From an uncultured Victivallales bacterium (GTDB lineage: Bacteria; Verrucomicrobiota; Kiritimatiellia; UBA8416; CAZASC01): a stretch of DNA of 64,000 bases. Within the stretch, counting starts at the first letter, position 1. Every line of letters begins with the position of its first letter. Shown here one piece after another: positions 18,225-27,762 of this stretch. A program made the position numbers and the translations under genes. Below the pieces are notes generated by a model. The model saw nothing but the letters and a program-made list of their open reading frames with translations. It was not told the DNA's origin and did no database searches. The stretch lies in assembly GCA_964487695.1 (NCBI GenBank), contig CAZASC010000001.1, forward strand, positions 43,570 to 107,569, read 5' to 3'.

Positions 18225-19418
18225 ATGTTCCTTAAACTGACAAAACGAATGCTTGCAGAGACCGATCTGCGGCTTCTGCACAAGTTCACTTACAACGCAG
18301 GCTGGAAGGGAATGCGGGCAGTCCACGCATTCGAAAAAAGGTTGCGCAAGGGACAGGTATTTCCGCCATTCCTTTTTCTCTCCATCACCAATAACTGCAA
18401 TCTGTCATGCCAGGGCTGCTGGGTAACTCCAACTCAACCGCCAATGGAGATGTCCATAGACACGATTAACAATATCATAGTCGAATGCAAGAAACGTGGT
18501 TCATTCCTGTTTGGGCTCCTCGGCGGCGAACCATTGCTCCACCCTGGAATATTAACTGTCATGGAAAAACACCCGGACTGTTATTTTATGCTGTTCAGTA
18601 ATGGAACGACGATTACGGACAAGGTTGCCGCTGAACTGCGAAAATTAGGAAACGTCACTCCTCTCATCAGCGTGGAAGGAACGGAAACTGTCAGCGATGA
18701 ACGCCGCGGCGGCGAGCAAGTGTACAGCCGAACCTTGCAGGGCCTGGAAATGTGCCAAAAGCATCGTCTGATAACGGGAGTGGCAACCAGCGTATGCCGC
18801 TCGAACTTCGACGATTTGGTTTCTGATAAATTTCTCAATCAGCTTATCAAACAACATGTGCACTACCTCTGGTACTATATTTACCGGCCAACTGGAGCAA
18901 ATCCGGTCCCGGAACTGGCGCTTTCAAAAGAGCAGATCCTCGCCATGCGCCGATTCATCGTGGATGCCAGGACAAAAGCTCCCATAGTGATAGTTGACGC
19001 CTACTGGGACGCCGAAGGACGAGGCGTTTGCCCTGCCGCAATGGGAATCAGCCACCACATCGGTCCTTCTGGAGATGTTGAGCCATGTCCACCAATACAG
19101 TTCGCGCGGGATAATATTGGCAATGGGATGAGCACATATGATATAGTATCAAAATCAGAGTTGCTTGCTGAATTCAGGGCGTTGGCTCATCGGAAAATAC
19201 GAGGTTGCATCCTGTTGGAGGATCCTCATCGCCTGCTCGATCTGATGATGAAACAGGACGCCCGAGACACAAGTGGGCGCGGGACTGGATATGAGGAATT
19301 GCAGCGCATGATCAAGCAGGCCAGCCACGATCTCCCAGGCGAAGAGATCCCTGAGAAAAGCTGGATGTACAGATTCGCAAAGAAACACTGGTTCTTCGGG
19401 TTTGGAGCATATGGATGA
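18225..19418 (+). CDS. radical SAM protein with an HpnH-like layout and a C-terminal Cys-containing auxiliary region
   Basis: The CX3CX2C motif (CNLSCQGC) is at 18396-18419, with GGEPLL downstream. The C-terminal part contains CPAAMG...EPCPP. The stop overlaps the next start (ATGA at 19415-19418). Confidence 0.85.
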   Translation: MFLKLTKRMLAETDLRLLHKFTYNAGWKGMRAVHAFEKRLRKGQVFPPFLFLSITNNCNLSCQGCWVTPTQPPMEMSIDTINNIIVECKKRGSFLFGLLGGEPLLHPGILTVMEKHPDCYFMLFSNGTTITDKVAAELRKLGNVTPLISVEGTETVSDERRGGEQVYSRTLQGLEMCQKHRLITGVATSVCRSNFDDLVSDKFLNQLIKQHVHYLWYYIYRPTGANPVPELALSKEQILAMRRFIVDARTKAPIVIVDAYWDAEGRGVCPAAMGISHHIGPSGDVEPCPPIQFARDNIGNGMSTYDIVSKSELLAEFRALAHRKIRGCILLEDPHRLLDLMMKQDARDTSGRGTGYEELQRMIKQASHDLPGEEIPEKSWMYRFAKKHWFFGFGAYG

Positions 19419-21058
19419 GCAAGCCGAAATCAGAAAGTCAGGGCGTGGACATTGAAAATCAGCCCGGACGGCATGCATGTTCGGCTGCCCCACAGAACCG
19501 CATTGAACGGGAACTCTTCCGTTCAATAGTAGACGCGTATGTCGCTGAGCATCGCATTGCTCCACCACTTTCCGTGGACGAGTTGAGGGCATATGCCCAT
19601 GAAATAATGCGCAGCGCTGGCGCAGATGAACACTACATTGATTTCATGATCGTGCTTGTCAGCAATGCCGTATGGCGCGAGGCAATCGCCTCTATCCCTT
19701 ACAACCGTCGTATTCTACTGCTGCCGCAATGCATCAGAGACAAGAATGAATGTCCCGCCAGTATGGATGAAATCGGACTCCTGTGTGAACAATGCGGCAG
19801 ATGCCCCACCGGCGAGATGCAGGCCGAGGCCGAGAAGCTGGGCTATTCAGTCCTGATAGCCGAAGGTACAACCGCCGTGACAAAACTGATCGAGACCGGC
19901 AAGGCTGATGCCATCATCGGAGTGAGCTGCCTTTCTGTCCTGGAAAAGGCGTTTCCACACATGGCAGCCAATGCGATACCAGGCATTGCTATTCCACTTT
20001 TCCGAAACGGCTGCGAACGCACAGGCTTCGATTTTGACTGGGTTTATGAAGCCATTCGGCTCAAATCCAGCGGCGCGTGGTCCGGGCACGCCGATATAGA
20101 TAAGCTCAAGCACGAAGTAGAATCGTGGTTTCAACCCGAGTTTCTGCGTTCCATTCTGGGCGCTGACAATAGTCGCACCACTGAACTGGCGTTGTCATGG
20201 TTATGCCGCTCAGGCAAAAGATGGCGACCGCTCCTTGCCGCCTGTACTTTCAAAGCGCTTGCCGGGGTCGACGATGACGCTATTCCGATGCGAATGAAGA
20301 AACTTGCCGTTGCGACAGAATGCTTTCACAAAGCCTCTCTAGTGCATGACGACATCGAGGACGCCGACGATTTTCGATATGGCGACATGACGCTGCATCG
20401 TCAATACGGCATCCCTATTGCACTGAACGTGGGCGACTTTTTGATTGGAGAAGGCTATCGTCTTATCGCTGAATGCGGCGCTTCGTCCGAACAAATAGCG
20501 CGAATGCTGATGGTTGCAGCCGACGGGCACCGCAATCTATGCCTGGGTCAAGGAGAGGAGCTATTGTGGTCCCATGACCCTTCGCCACCATCACGATCCA
20601 AAGTGATTGATGTATTCACCCATAAAACAGCGCCGGCATTTGAGGTTGCCCTCAGGCTCGGAGCCGTTTGCGAGGGATCGGAGCGCCACATCAGCGAGGC
20701 GTTGAAGAGCTTCAGCGATTCCCTCGGTATTGCGTATCAAATCCGCGACGATATCGACGATTTCCGCGACGCCACTGCTGAGTCGGGCAATCCAATACGC
20801 CCAGTGTTTCTGCTGACGGTGGCTTCCGAGAATGCCACCGATACCGAGCGTCAGCTCATTGATCTGGCATGGCGAAATGGCCTTAGGCGGGACAGCGACA
20901 AGAAGCAGATCACTATCATTTCGCGACTTAGCGAGAAAAAAGCGTGGCAGCTATTCGAGGAGTACAAGAGTCGTACTTTGCGCACAGTTAACAACCTGGA
21001 GAATGTTCACCTGAAGAACCTTCTGCGGAAAGTCGCCAGCAAGATCCTCAACAGGTGA
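19415..21058 (+). CDS. fusion protein: N-terminal DUF116-like Cys-rich domain plus C-terminal trans-polyprenyl diphosphate synthase
   Basis: The N-terminal part, RILLLPQCIRDKNECPA...LLCEQCGRCP, matches the DUF116 pattern. The C-terminal part has both Asp-rich motifs: LVHDDIEDADD (20342-20362) and IRDDIDD (20746-20760). Confidence 0.8.
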   Translation: MSKPKSESQGVDIENQPGRHACSAAPQNRIERELFRSIVDAYVAEHRIAPPLSVDELRAYAHEIMRSAGADEHYIDFMIVLVSNAVWREAIASIPYNRRILLLPQCIRDKNECPASMDEIGLLCEQCGRCPTGEMQAEAEKLGYSVLIAEGTTAVTKLIETGKADAIIGVSCLSVLEKAFPHMAANAIPGIAIPLFRNGCERTGFDFDWVYEAIRLKSSGAWSGHADIDKLKHEVESWFQPEFLRSILGADNSRTTELALSWLCRSGKRWRPLLAACTFKALAGVDDDAIPMRMKKLAVATECFHKASLVHDDIEDADDFRYGDMTLHRQYGIPIALNVGDFLIGEGYRLIAECGASSEQIARMLMVAADGHRNLCLGQGEELLWSHDPSPPSRSKVIDVFTHKTAPAFEVALRLGAVCEGSERHISEALKSFSDSLGIAYQIRDDIDDFRDATAESGNPIRPVFLLTVASENATDTERQLIDLAWRNGLRRDSDKKQITIISRLSEKKAWQLFEEYKSRTLRTVNNLENVHLKNLLRKVASKILNR

Positions 21059-21261
21059 GGTAAGACGGATTAAAGCACCGCAATTTTCCTCGTCCAATGA
21101 AAATCATCCACTGCAAGCATGCCTTGACCCGATAAAACCGGGTGCTGTCCTGAGTTGTATTAGTGCATGGCGATAATGCCGCCACCTGCAGGTCAACAAA
21201 GACAAGAACACCAGTCGCGTGAAGTCCTTGACAAGGTCAGCCTGCGCGCCATTGCCAGCTC

Positions 21262-23493
21262 TCAATCTGCAAGGTCGATGGCGCTGCTGCTTATCCACTT
21301 CTTCACTGCGTCCGAGAGCCCTGTAACTTCGACAATACCCGCTTTCTTCTCGCCTGAGACGGTTTGAAGAACCACTTCATCCCCTACCTTACGCCCGATA
21401 AGGGCGCCGGCGATCACACTGGTGCTGGAGATGATTGCAAGTTCTTCGTCACCGTCCCACTCGCCCAGAATGTTGTATCGCTCGATAATGCCCTGATCGT
21501 CCTTGACGACAACGCAGGTGCCGACGCCAGCCGCATCTTCGGCGAACCCCTTGAAATCAGTACCCTTGACCTCACGAAGCCCGTTTTCCCATTCCTCCTG
21601 CCTTCGCATGAGTATGTTCTGATGCTCTTTAGCGGCCTTGTATTCGGAATTCTCTCTCAGGTCGCCATAGCTTCGCGCGATCCCAATTTCCTGACTGTTT
21701 TTAGGAATCTCATCGGTCACCAGCCTGCGAAGTTGTTCGACCCTCTGGTTATAACTCCGCCACGATGTGAATCTGCCCAGTTTGCCCTGAGGTCCTTTTT
21801 CTTCTGCATCGGAAGCCAACACTTTGCCAAGCTCCGGATAAAGCTTTATCATGATCGCCATGACTGACCGCTGTTCGACAGCCTCCCAGCCCTTCGACAC
21901 ATTGATTTTGCTCATCAAGTTTTGACGCTGACGACCATCCATGCGCCCAAGCACTTTTTCCATCCACTGTCTCTGTTCGAACAGCGCACGCAGTTGCTTC
22001 TGCGTCTGCAGCGCCTTGCCTGATCTGGAAACTTCCAGGGCATTGGCTGAGCGGATCAGTATTTCAGATAGATTGCCAACTGACCACGACTCGGCCTCGT
22101 CAGGGTGCCTGCAGAGCCACGACAGGATTTCCAGACTCGCCTGTTCTGATCTGACAACCGACCTGAAATAGTCGGCACATTCATTTTGCTTGCCCACGCA
22201 AACAAGGAACTCCATTGCGTCGTTCAAAACGTTCATCTGCATTCGGGGCAGAAGGGAGAGCATCAATTGTGCGGTTCGCGGGGAATCGCTGTCGGCAAGG
22301 TGGGCTATCAGTTTGCCAACGTCCTTTGCTGGCATGCCTACGGCCGCGGTGAGGAATTTATCCGGCGAAAACAACTCTTCCGTCATGCCGGAAATATCGA
22401 TGAGATCGGGAGAAATCCCGATTCGCTTCGCCGTCATTATTATAATGGCGGCGGTTCCATGCCCTCTTCCACGCACTCCCTTTAGTGCAAAAGCAAGTCT
22501 TTCGGCGGCTATTACTTTCCCTTCATCCTTGGAATCCTCAGATCCGTAGGAGGCCTCCAGTTTATCCACCAGCTTGAGTATCGTTTCAACATCTCGCTCC
22601 TGTCTGAGAGATTCGAGGAGTTCGTTTCGTTGGTCGGTTGCGTGCTCCATGATTCGGATCGGCTGCTCCCTGTTGGAAGGGAAACTGATGAATGGATCCT
22701 GCTTTAATTTCTTTCTTGCCGTTTCCCAAAACCCCTTCCACTCAGCATCGGAGACGATTGGTCCCGTAAATATTTCCCTGATGCGGATGGAGCTGAGAGG
22801 TCCGAAACTGCGAATGGCGATGCGCACAATCTCCGCCGGGTCTTCCTTGAGGAGCTTGGCAAATCCATCAGGATCACGATGCTTCATTGCAAAAAGATGA
22901 CGATCCGAAAGCACTTCGAGTACCTCACCTGCGTACGCAAAGGACATCTGGTGTCCATGCTTCTTGTCAAAATCCACGATCACCTTTTTATAGAACTCTT
23001 CAACTCCACTGACAACGCCGAATCCCCACGTCTTGTCATGGCAGAGAACGCCGGGTTTGAGGCTCGTCAGAAGGGCGAGACGCCTCAGACATTCCTTTGG
23101 TTCAACAATCCCGCCGAAGCCGGCGCTATTTACGATGCCCTGACCGATTTGTCCCTTGAACACCTTGGAAAGTGCCTTCAAACAAACATCTCTAAACTCT
23201 GGAACGTTATCGCGCCATTCGCCTCGCAATTGGAGCAATTTGAGTGTTAAGTCCTTGTCCATGCGCTCGGCCAATGTGTCCTGAAGCATCTCAGCCCAAT
23301 TCTCGGCCGCACGCAATTTGCCCGACGCAGCGAGAGATGAAAGCACAGCCATCATATGATCAATCGGCGGCGGTTCCACGGATTGACTATTGACGAACCA
23401 TTCTTCAAGTTGTTCCAAGCTCTTCGATTTCAGTTCCTCTGACAATTCCACGGCAGGTTTTCCTTTCGGCACAAGTTTCCCTTTCCACAGCAA
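21262..23493 (-). CDS. greA: long-form GreA/GreB-family transcript cleavage factor with a large N-terminal extension
   Basis: The C-terminal ~160 aa match Gre factors (GDLRENSEYKAAKEHQ; IISSTSVIAGALIGRKVGDEV). Residues ~146-205 (GVLCHDKTWGFGVV...) look like a CarD/TRCF RNAP-interaction domain. The start is uncertain (TTG at 23493). Confidence 0.8.
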   Translation of the reverse strand: MLWKGKLVPKGKPAVELSEELKSKSLEQLEEWFVNSQSVEPPPIDHMMAVLSSLAASGKLRAAENWAEMLQDTLAERMDKDLTLKLLQLRGEWRDNVPEFRDVCLKALSKVFKGQIGQGIVNSAGFGGIVEPKECLRRLALLTSLKPGVLCHDKTWGFGVVSGVEEFYKKVIVDFDKKHGHQMSFAYAGEVLEVLSDRHLFAMKHRDPDGFAKLLKEDPAEIVRIAIRSFGPLSSIRIREIFTGPIVSDAEWKGFWETARKKLKQDPFISFPSNREQPIRIMEHATDQRNELLESLRQERDVETILKLVDKLEASYGSEDSKDEGKVIAAERLAFALKGVRGRGHGTAAIIIMTAKRIGISPDLIDISGMTEELFSPDKFLTAAVGMPAKDVGKLIAHLADSDSPRTAQLMLSLLPRMQMNVLNDAMEFLVCVGKQNECADYFRSVVRSEQASLEILSWLCRHPDEAESWSVGNLSEILIRSANALEVSRSGKALQTQKQLRALFEQRQWMEKVLGRMDGRQRQNLMSKINVSKGWEAVEQRSVMAIMIKLYPELGKVLASDAEEKGPQGKLGRFTSWRSYNQRVEQLRRLVTDEIPKNSQEIGIARSYGDLRENSEYKAAKEHQNILMRRQEEWENGLREVKGTDFKGFAEDAAGVGTCVVVKDDQGIIERYNILGEWDGDEELAIISSTSVIAGALIGRKVGDEVVLQTVSGEKKAGIVEVTGLSDAVKKWISSSAIDLAD

Positions 23494-23555
23494 GCGCTTC
23501 GATGTACCATAAAGAACAGTCTTGGGAAAGCGCGAATATAGGAATAGATCAAAAA

Positions 23556-24389
23556 ATGAACTTGGCGGCGTTAACAGTCACTTTTTCTCAACGTGGAATG
23601 AGCCTGCTTGATTTTCTGGCAGGCAACCGGGGACTGTCGAGAAACCGGGCCAAGGCACTCATTGATACCCGTAATGTTTTTGTGAATCGCCGGAGAGTAT
23701 GGATGGCCCGTCATCAGCTGGAAGCCGGAGACAGCGTTGAGATTGGCGAGACAGTTGAATCCAAACAAATGGCAACTCGCCTTCCAATCCTGTTCCAAGA
23801 CAGTAACTATATCGTCGTTGACAAACCTGCCGGCACGATTTCAAACGGCCCCGATAGCGCGGAAAGCATCTTGAAAGAACAGATAAATATGCCTTCGATC
23901 GCCGCAGTTCATCGCCTCGACAGGGATACAGGAGGCTGTCTCCTGTTCGCGAAAACGAAAGAAGCGCTTGACGCGGCCATATCTCTCTTTCGCAAACACG
24001 ACATGAAGAAGACCTATCACGTTATTGTGATTGGAGAAATGCGTTCCAAGGAACGCACAATCTCGTTGCCTGTTGACGGACAAAGAGCTGTAACCAGACT
24101 GAAAGCTCTGGACTCCAATCGCAGCGCAAGCCATCTGCTCGCCACAATAGAGACGGGCCGAATGCATCAAATTCGCAAGCATCTCGCGTCAATCGGAAAC
24201 CCGGTGCTCGGAGATAGTCATTATGGTCCGCAGACTGAAGCTACGCGCAAGACAATGTCTGTTGCACGGCAAATGCTTCACGCTTCGTCGCTCGAATTCA
24301 CATGCCCTCTGTCTCGCCGACGAATAAGAGTTATCGCGCCGCTGCCCCCAGATTTTCGGCGTTGCCTTGCAGTTTTTAAACTGAACTAA
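23556..24389 (+). CDS. RluA-family pseudouridine synthase
   Basis: The catalytic motif is HRLDRDTGGCLLFAKT and there is an S4-like N-terminus. I chose ATG 23556 because the track start 23502 would leave only 8 nt to the divergent greA. Confidence 0.8.
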   Translation: MNLAALTVTFSQRGMSLLDFLAGNRGLSRNRAKALIDTRNVFVNRRRVWMARHQLEAGDSVEIGETVESKQMATRLPILFQDSNYIVVDKPAGTISNGPDSAESILKEQINMPSIAAVHRLDRDTGGCLLFAKTKEALDAAISLFRKHDMKKTYHVIVIGEMRSKERTISLPVDGQRAVTRLKALDSNRSASHLLATIETGRMHQIRKHLASIGNPVLGDSHYGPQTEATRKTMSVARQMLHASSLEFTCPLSRRRIRVIAPLPPDFRRCLAVFKLN

Positions 24390-24423
24390 AATGGATGCAA
24401 CGCAGGCCGAATCGAGCCCTAAT

Positions 24424-24451
24424 AAATAAAACAAAAAGTGGCAGTTTGCCA
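24424..24451 (-). terminator. weak intrinsic terminator downstream of infA
   Basis: On the minus strand, TGGCA-AAC-TGCCA forms a 5-bp stem followed by CTTTTTGTTTTATTT. Confidence 0.35.
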
Positions 24452-24454
24452 AGG

Positions 24455-24676
24455 TCAGGATGGGTGGCGATAGGTGATCCGGCCTTTTGCCAGATCGTAC
24501 GGGGAGATCTGAAGAGTTACTTTGTCGCCAGCTGTGATGCGGATGAAATGCTTCCGCATCTTGCCGGAAATATGCGCCAGCACTTCGTGCCCATTCTCGA
24601 GTTTCACGTTGTACATCGTGGCGGGGAGCACTTTTACCACTGTTCCGATTACTTCGATTGAATCTTCTTTACTCAT
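24455..24676 (-). CDS. infA: translation initiation factor IF-1
   Basis: The 73-aa product has an S1-like fold signature ([33 protein letters not shown]...ISPYDL.KGRITYR). Confidence 0.95.
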   Translation of the reverse strand: MSKEDSIEVIGTVVKVLPATMYNVKLENGHEVLAHISGKMRKHFIRITAGDKVTLQISPYDLAKGRITYRHPS

Positions 24677-24770
24677 AGTCTTCCTTCAAATTCGGATACA
24701 AAGTAACCGGTCTGCAGGCTGTTTGCAAGTCTGATTTCGGCAACCGGCTGTTCCGGCCTCGGCGATCACA

Positions 24771-25436
24771 TCAATTGTTCCCGTTTATTCGGCTTAGCAT
24801 TTGTTGAGCTACATCATCCACGCTCATCTTTGTGGTATCAAGAATGATGGCGCCGGGAGCTATTTTAAGTGGATCGTTCTTCCGGCTGCTGTCAATCGTG
24901 TCCCGCCTTTGGAGGGATTCGTGGATTACGGACAGCTTATCGCCCACTCCTGAAGCAGCGAGTTCCGCCGTTCTTCTCCTGGCACGCTCACCTGGATTAG
25001 CATCGAGATAGAATTTGAATTCGGCGTCAGGGAAGACCGCGCTGCCAATGTCACGTCCTTCCATTACGAGATCGCCAAACCGAAGCATCTTTCTTAGACA
25101 GGCAACCACTTCAATTCTTACCTCAGGCATGGCTGAAATGAGACTGACGTTTTCGTTAACGACCGCACTGCGCAGTTCGGAAACAAGTTCCAATCCGTCA
25201 ATCTTGAATCTCACCGCGCCTTCCTTTACAAAACACTCAATGTGCGTCTCCCTTGCCAGCTTGGCACATGCGATTGCGTCCTTAACAATGTTTCTCTGTA
25301 AAGCATGCCAGGTTACAGCCCGATAGACGGCACCCGAGTCCACGTAAAGACGTCCAAGCGTGGCGGCGACCCTCTTTGCCACTGTGGATTTCCCGGACGC
25401 TGAAGGTCCATCTATGGCGATGACTCTATTAGGCAT
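24771..25436 (-). CDS. cmk: cytidylate kinase
   Basis: The P-loop is IAIDGPSASGKSTVAK and the length is 221 aa. It overlaps the tyrA stop by 8 nt. Confidence 0.9.
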   Translation of the reverse strand: MPNRVIAIDGPSASGKSTVAKRVAATLGRLYVDSGAVYRAVTWHALQRNIVKDAIACAKLARETHIECFVKEGAVRFKIDGLELVSELRSAVVNENVSLISAMPEVRIEVVACLRKMLRFGDLVMEGRDIGSAVFPDAEFKFYLDANPGERARRRTAELAASGVGDKLSVIHESLQRRDTIDSSRKNDPLKIAPGAIILDTTKMSVDDVAQQMLSRINGNN

Positions 25437-26364
25437 TCTTCACCACCTGGCGCCCACGCAGGCTGCCCACCGTAGTTGTTCCGCGCTCTCCTGTCCCGGC
25501 GTCAAATGTGCGTCTTTTCTCCCTGCTTTGCGCGAGGAACCGCCGCACTCCGTTGAAGTCTCCGGTGTCTATCATGTTTTTCACGCGCGCCAATTCGACT
25601 TGAAACCAGCCCAATTGTCTCCCCACCATCTTGCTGTTTGTCTTGACGATATCATGCCAGATACTTTCCGAACCGCCCGCTATTCGCGTCGTATCACGGA
25701 ATCCAGTACCGCAGAACCGCTCGATGTTCTTTACGTTTCCCTTGCACACGGCGCTGACCAGAATGGCAGCAATCAGATGCGGCAAATGGCTGGTACGAGC
25801 GATGGTTTTGTCATGTTCTTTCGCTGACATGGAAACGACACACATCCCGACGTCTTCCCAGAATTTCACCACTTGCGCAATACCGCCTTTTGAATGCATC
25901 TTCGTTCCGCCATAAACCTCATTCGTGACAATGCACATCGCGCCTTCATAAAGATCGGGTCTAGCCGCCTCGATTCCTGTTTCGTCGGATCCGGCTATCG
26001 GATGGCTCCCGACAAATGTTGCGGGACTCCCCTTGAAAAGTCGCTTCATGTCGGAAATGACCGCTGTCTTTGTGCTGCCAACATCTGTCACGATGCTGCC
26101 CGGCGAAAAAAAGGACATGCAATCGCGCATTACATCTGGGATCGTGAGTACCGGCAGGCAAAACACCACAATATCCGCGCAAGCAACGGCATCTTGGGGA
26201 TTATCGAACGCGCATTCCACGACCCGCATTTGTATTGCCGTTCTTCTTGTTTCCTCGCGCCGCGCATAGCCGACAACCGAGTAAGGCAGCTGTTTGCGCC
26301 GCACCGCCAGCCCCAGCGAACCGCCCATCAGCCCGAGTCCAATTATCGCAAGTCTCTTCTTCAT
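25429..26364 (-). CDS. tyrA: prephenate/arogenate dehydrogenase
   Basis: It has an LAIIGLGLMGGS Rossmann motif and GSHPIAGS. I used ATG 26364 rather than the track's TTG 26379. Confidence 0.85.
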   Translation of the reverse strand: MKKRLAIIGLGLMGGSLGLAVRRKQLPYSVVGYARREETRRTAIQMRVVECAFDNPQDAVACADIVVFCLPVLTIPDVMRDCMSFFSPGSIVTDVGSTKTAVISDMKRLFKGSPATFVGSHPIAGSDETGIEAARPDLYEGAMCIVTNEVYGGTKMHSKGGIAQVVKFWEDVGMCVVSMSAKEHDKTIARTSHLPHLIAAILVSAVCKGNVKNIERFCGTGFRDTTRIAGGSESIWHDIVKTNSKMVGRQLGWFQVELARVKNMIDTGDFNGVRRFLAQSREKRRTFDAGTGERGTTTVGSLRGRQVVKNA

Positions 26365-26375
26365 GTTTATCACAC

Positions 26376-27476
26376 TCAAGCCAGCGCAGCTTCAAGCGCC
26401 ATGACGCATCTTTCGTTCTCCGCTCGTGTGCCAACTGTAATCCTGACGTGATCGGGAAGACCGTAGCCGTCCATCGGGCGGACAATAATTCCAAGCTTCA
26501 TCAAGTTTTCGAACACCCTCCTGCCCTGCCCCACTTCAACAAGAATGAAATTTGCCACGGCAGGAACGAACGGCAGTCCCATGCGGTCGAATTCGCGCTC
26601 GAAGTAGGACAAACCGTCACGAATTATCTTCCTCGTCCGCTTCACATAAGCGTCGTCCTTCAGCGCCGCAATTGCCGCCGCCATCGCCATCGCGTTCACA
26701 TTGAACGGCTGGCGAACCCGCTCCATAAGCGCGATGCATTCCGGAGGTGCAATCATGTAACCGATTCGCAAGCCGGCCAGGCCATACGTCTTGGAAAATG
26801 TCCGCATCAGCACAACTTTGCGCCCCTGTTTGACATACTTCAAAGTGTCAGGCTGCCTCGATTCGGGCAGTAATTCAATATATGCCTCATCAAAACATAC
26901 TACAACGTGCTCAGGAACCTTCCGCATGAAGCGGTCAAGTTGGTCTTCATCAACCATTGTGCTCGTCGGATTATTCGGATTGGCCACGAAGACGATCCTG
27001 GTATCTCTTCTGATAGCCTTGAGCATTGCATCCAAGTCGTGCGTAAAGTTCTTCATTGGCACACGCACGACTTTCGCGCGAAACATCGCTGCTATAAGCG
27101 CATACACCACAAAGGCACGATCAGCCATGACAATCCCTTTTCCCGGTCCAAGGAAAACATGGCTGAGCAACTCTAAGGCTTCGTTGCTGCCATTGACGGG
27201 CAGAATCGTGTCCGATGCCACTCCCAGCTTTTTCGAAAGTGCCTGCTTCAAATAATAGGCGCTGCCGTCGGGATAGCGATGCATCTGACCGGCGGCGGCC
27301 TTCATTGCCTTCATGGCCAGCGGAGAAGGTCCAAGCGCATTCTCGTTGGAAGCCAGTTTGAATATTTCATCCGCGCTCTTGAATCCGAGCTGGCGCGCGA
27401 CTTCCTCAATAGGTCTTCCCGGCTCATAAGTGCCGAGCTTTTCGATCCATTTATTGGCTGTCTTGTCGAAGCTCAT
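26376..27476 (-). CDS. hisC: histidinol-phosphate/aromatic aminotransferase (class II)
   Basis: The aminotransferase class I/II pattern is present (LASNENALGPSP, FSKTYGLAGLRIGY with the PLP lysine). The start is either ATG 27476 or GTG 27482. Confidence 0.85.
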   Translation of the reverse strand: MSFDKTANKWIEKLGTYEPGRPIEEVARQLGFKSADEIFKLASNENALGPSPLAMKAMKAAAGQMHRYPDGSAYYLKQALSKKLGVASDTILPVNGSNEALELLSHVFLGPGKGIVMADRAFVVYALIAAMFRAKVVRVPMKNFTHDLDAMLKAIRRDTRIVFVANPNNPTSTMVDEDQLDRFMRKVPEHVVVCFDEAYIELLPESRQPDTLKYVKQGRKVVLMRTFSKTYGLAGLRIGYMIAPPECIALMERVRQPFNVNAMAMAAAIAALKDDAYVKRTRKIIRDGLSYFEREFDRMGLPFVPAVANFILVEVGQGRRVFENLMKLGIIVRPMDGYGLPDHVRITVGTRAENERCVMALEAALA

Positions 27477-27478
27477 CT

Positions 27479-27760
27479 TCACATTTTTATCTTTTCTATT
27501 TTCATCGCCATCTCAGTGTTTACACATGCTGTGATGATCTGCTTGTATATCTTCTCAACCTGCGCACCGGCAAGGGGGCCCTTTGAGCGTTTTCCGACTT
27601 TCGCCAGAACCGCCTTTTCCCGGCGTGGATCGCGAACAGGAAGATTTTGTTTCTTCTTCTCACTGCCTATCCTGATGGCAACCGCAGCGCGCTTATTAAG
27701 GAGCCGCACAATCTCACGGTCAATGCCGTCTATCTCCAGTCTCAGGACATTCAAGCTCAT
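27479..27760 (-). CDS. chorismate mutase (AroQ type)
   Basis: The 93-aa product begins LRLEIDGIDREIVRLLNKRAAVAIRIG and contains RDPRREKAVL. Confidence 0.8.
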   Translation of the reverse strand: MSLNVLRLEIDGIDREIVRLLNKRAAVAIRIGSEKKKQNLPVRDPRREKAVLAKVGKRSKGPLAGAQVEKIYKQIITACVNTEMAMKIEKIKM

Positions 27761-27762
27761 TG

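Noticed and set aside
26235-26873. 212-aa plus-strand ORF
   Set aside because: It is antisense to the tyrA/hisC junction and has no motifs.
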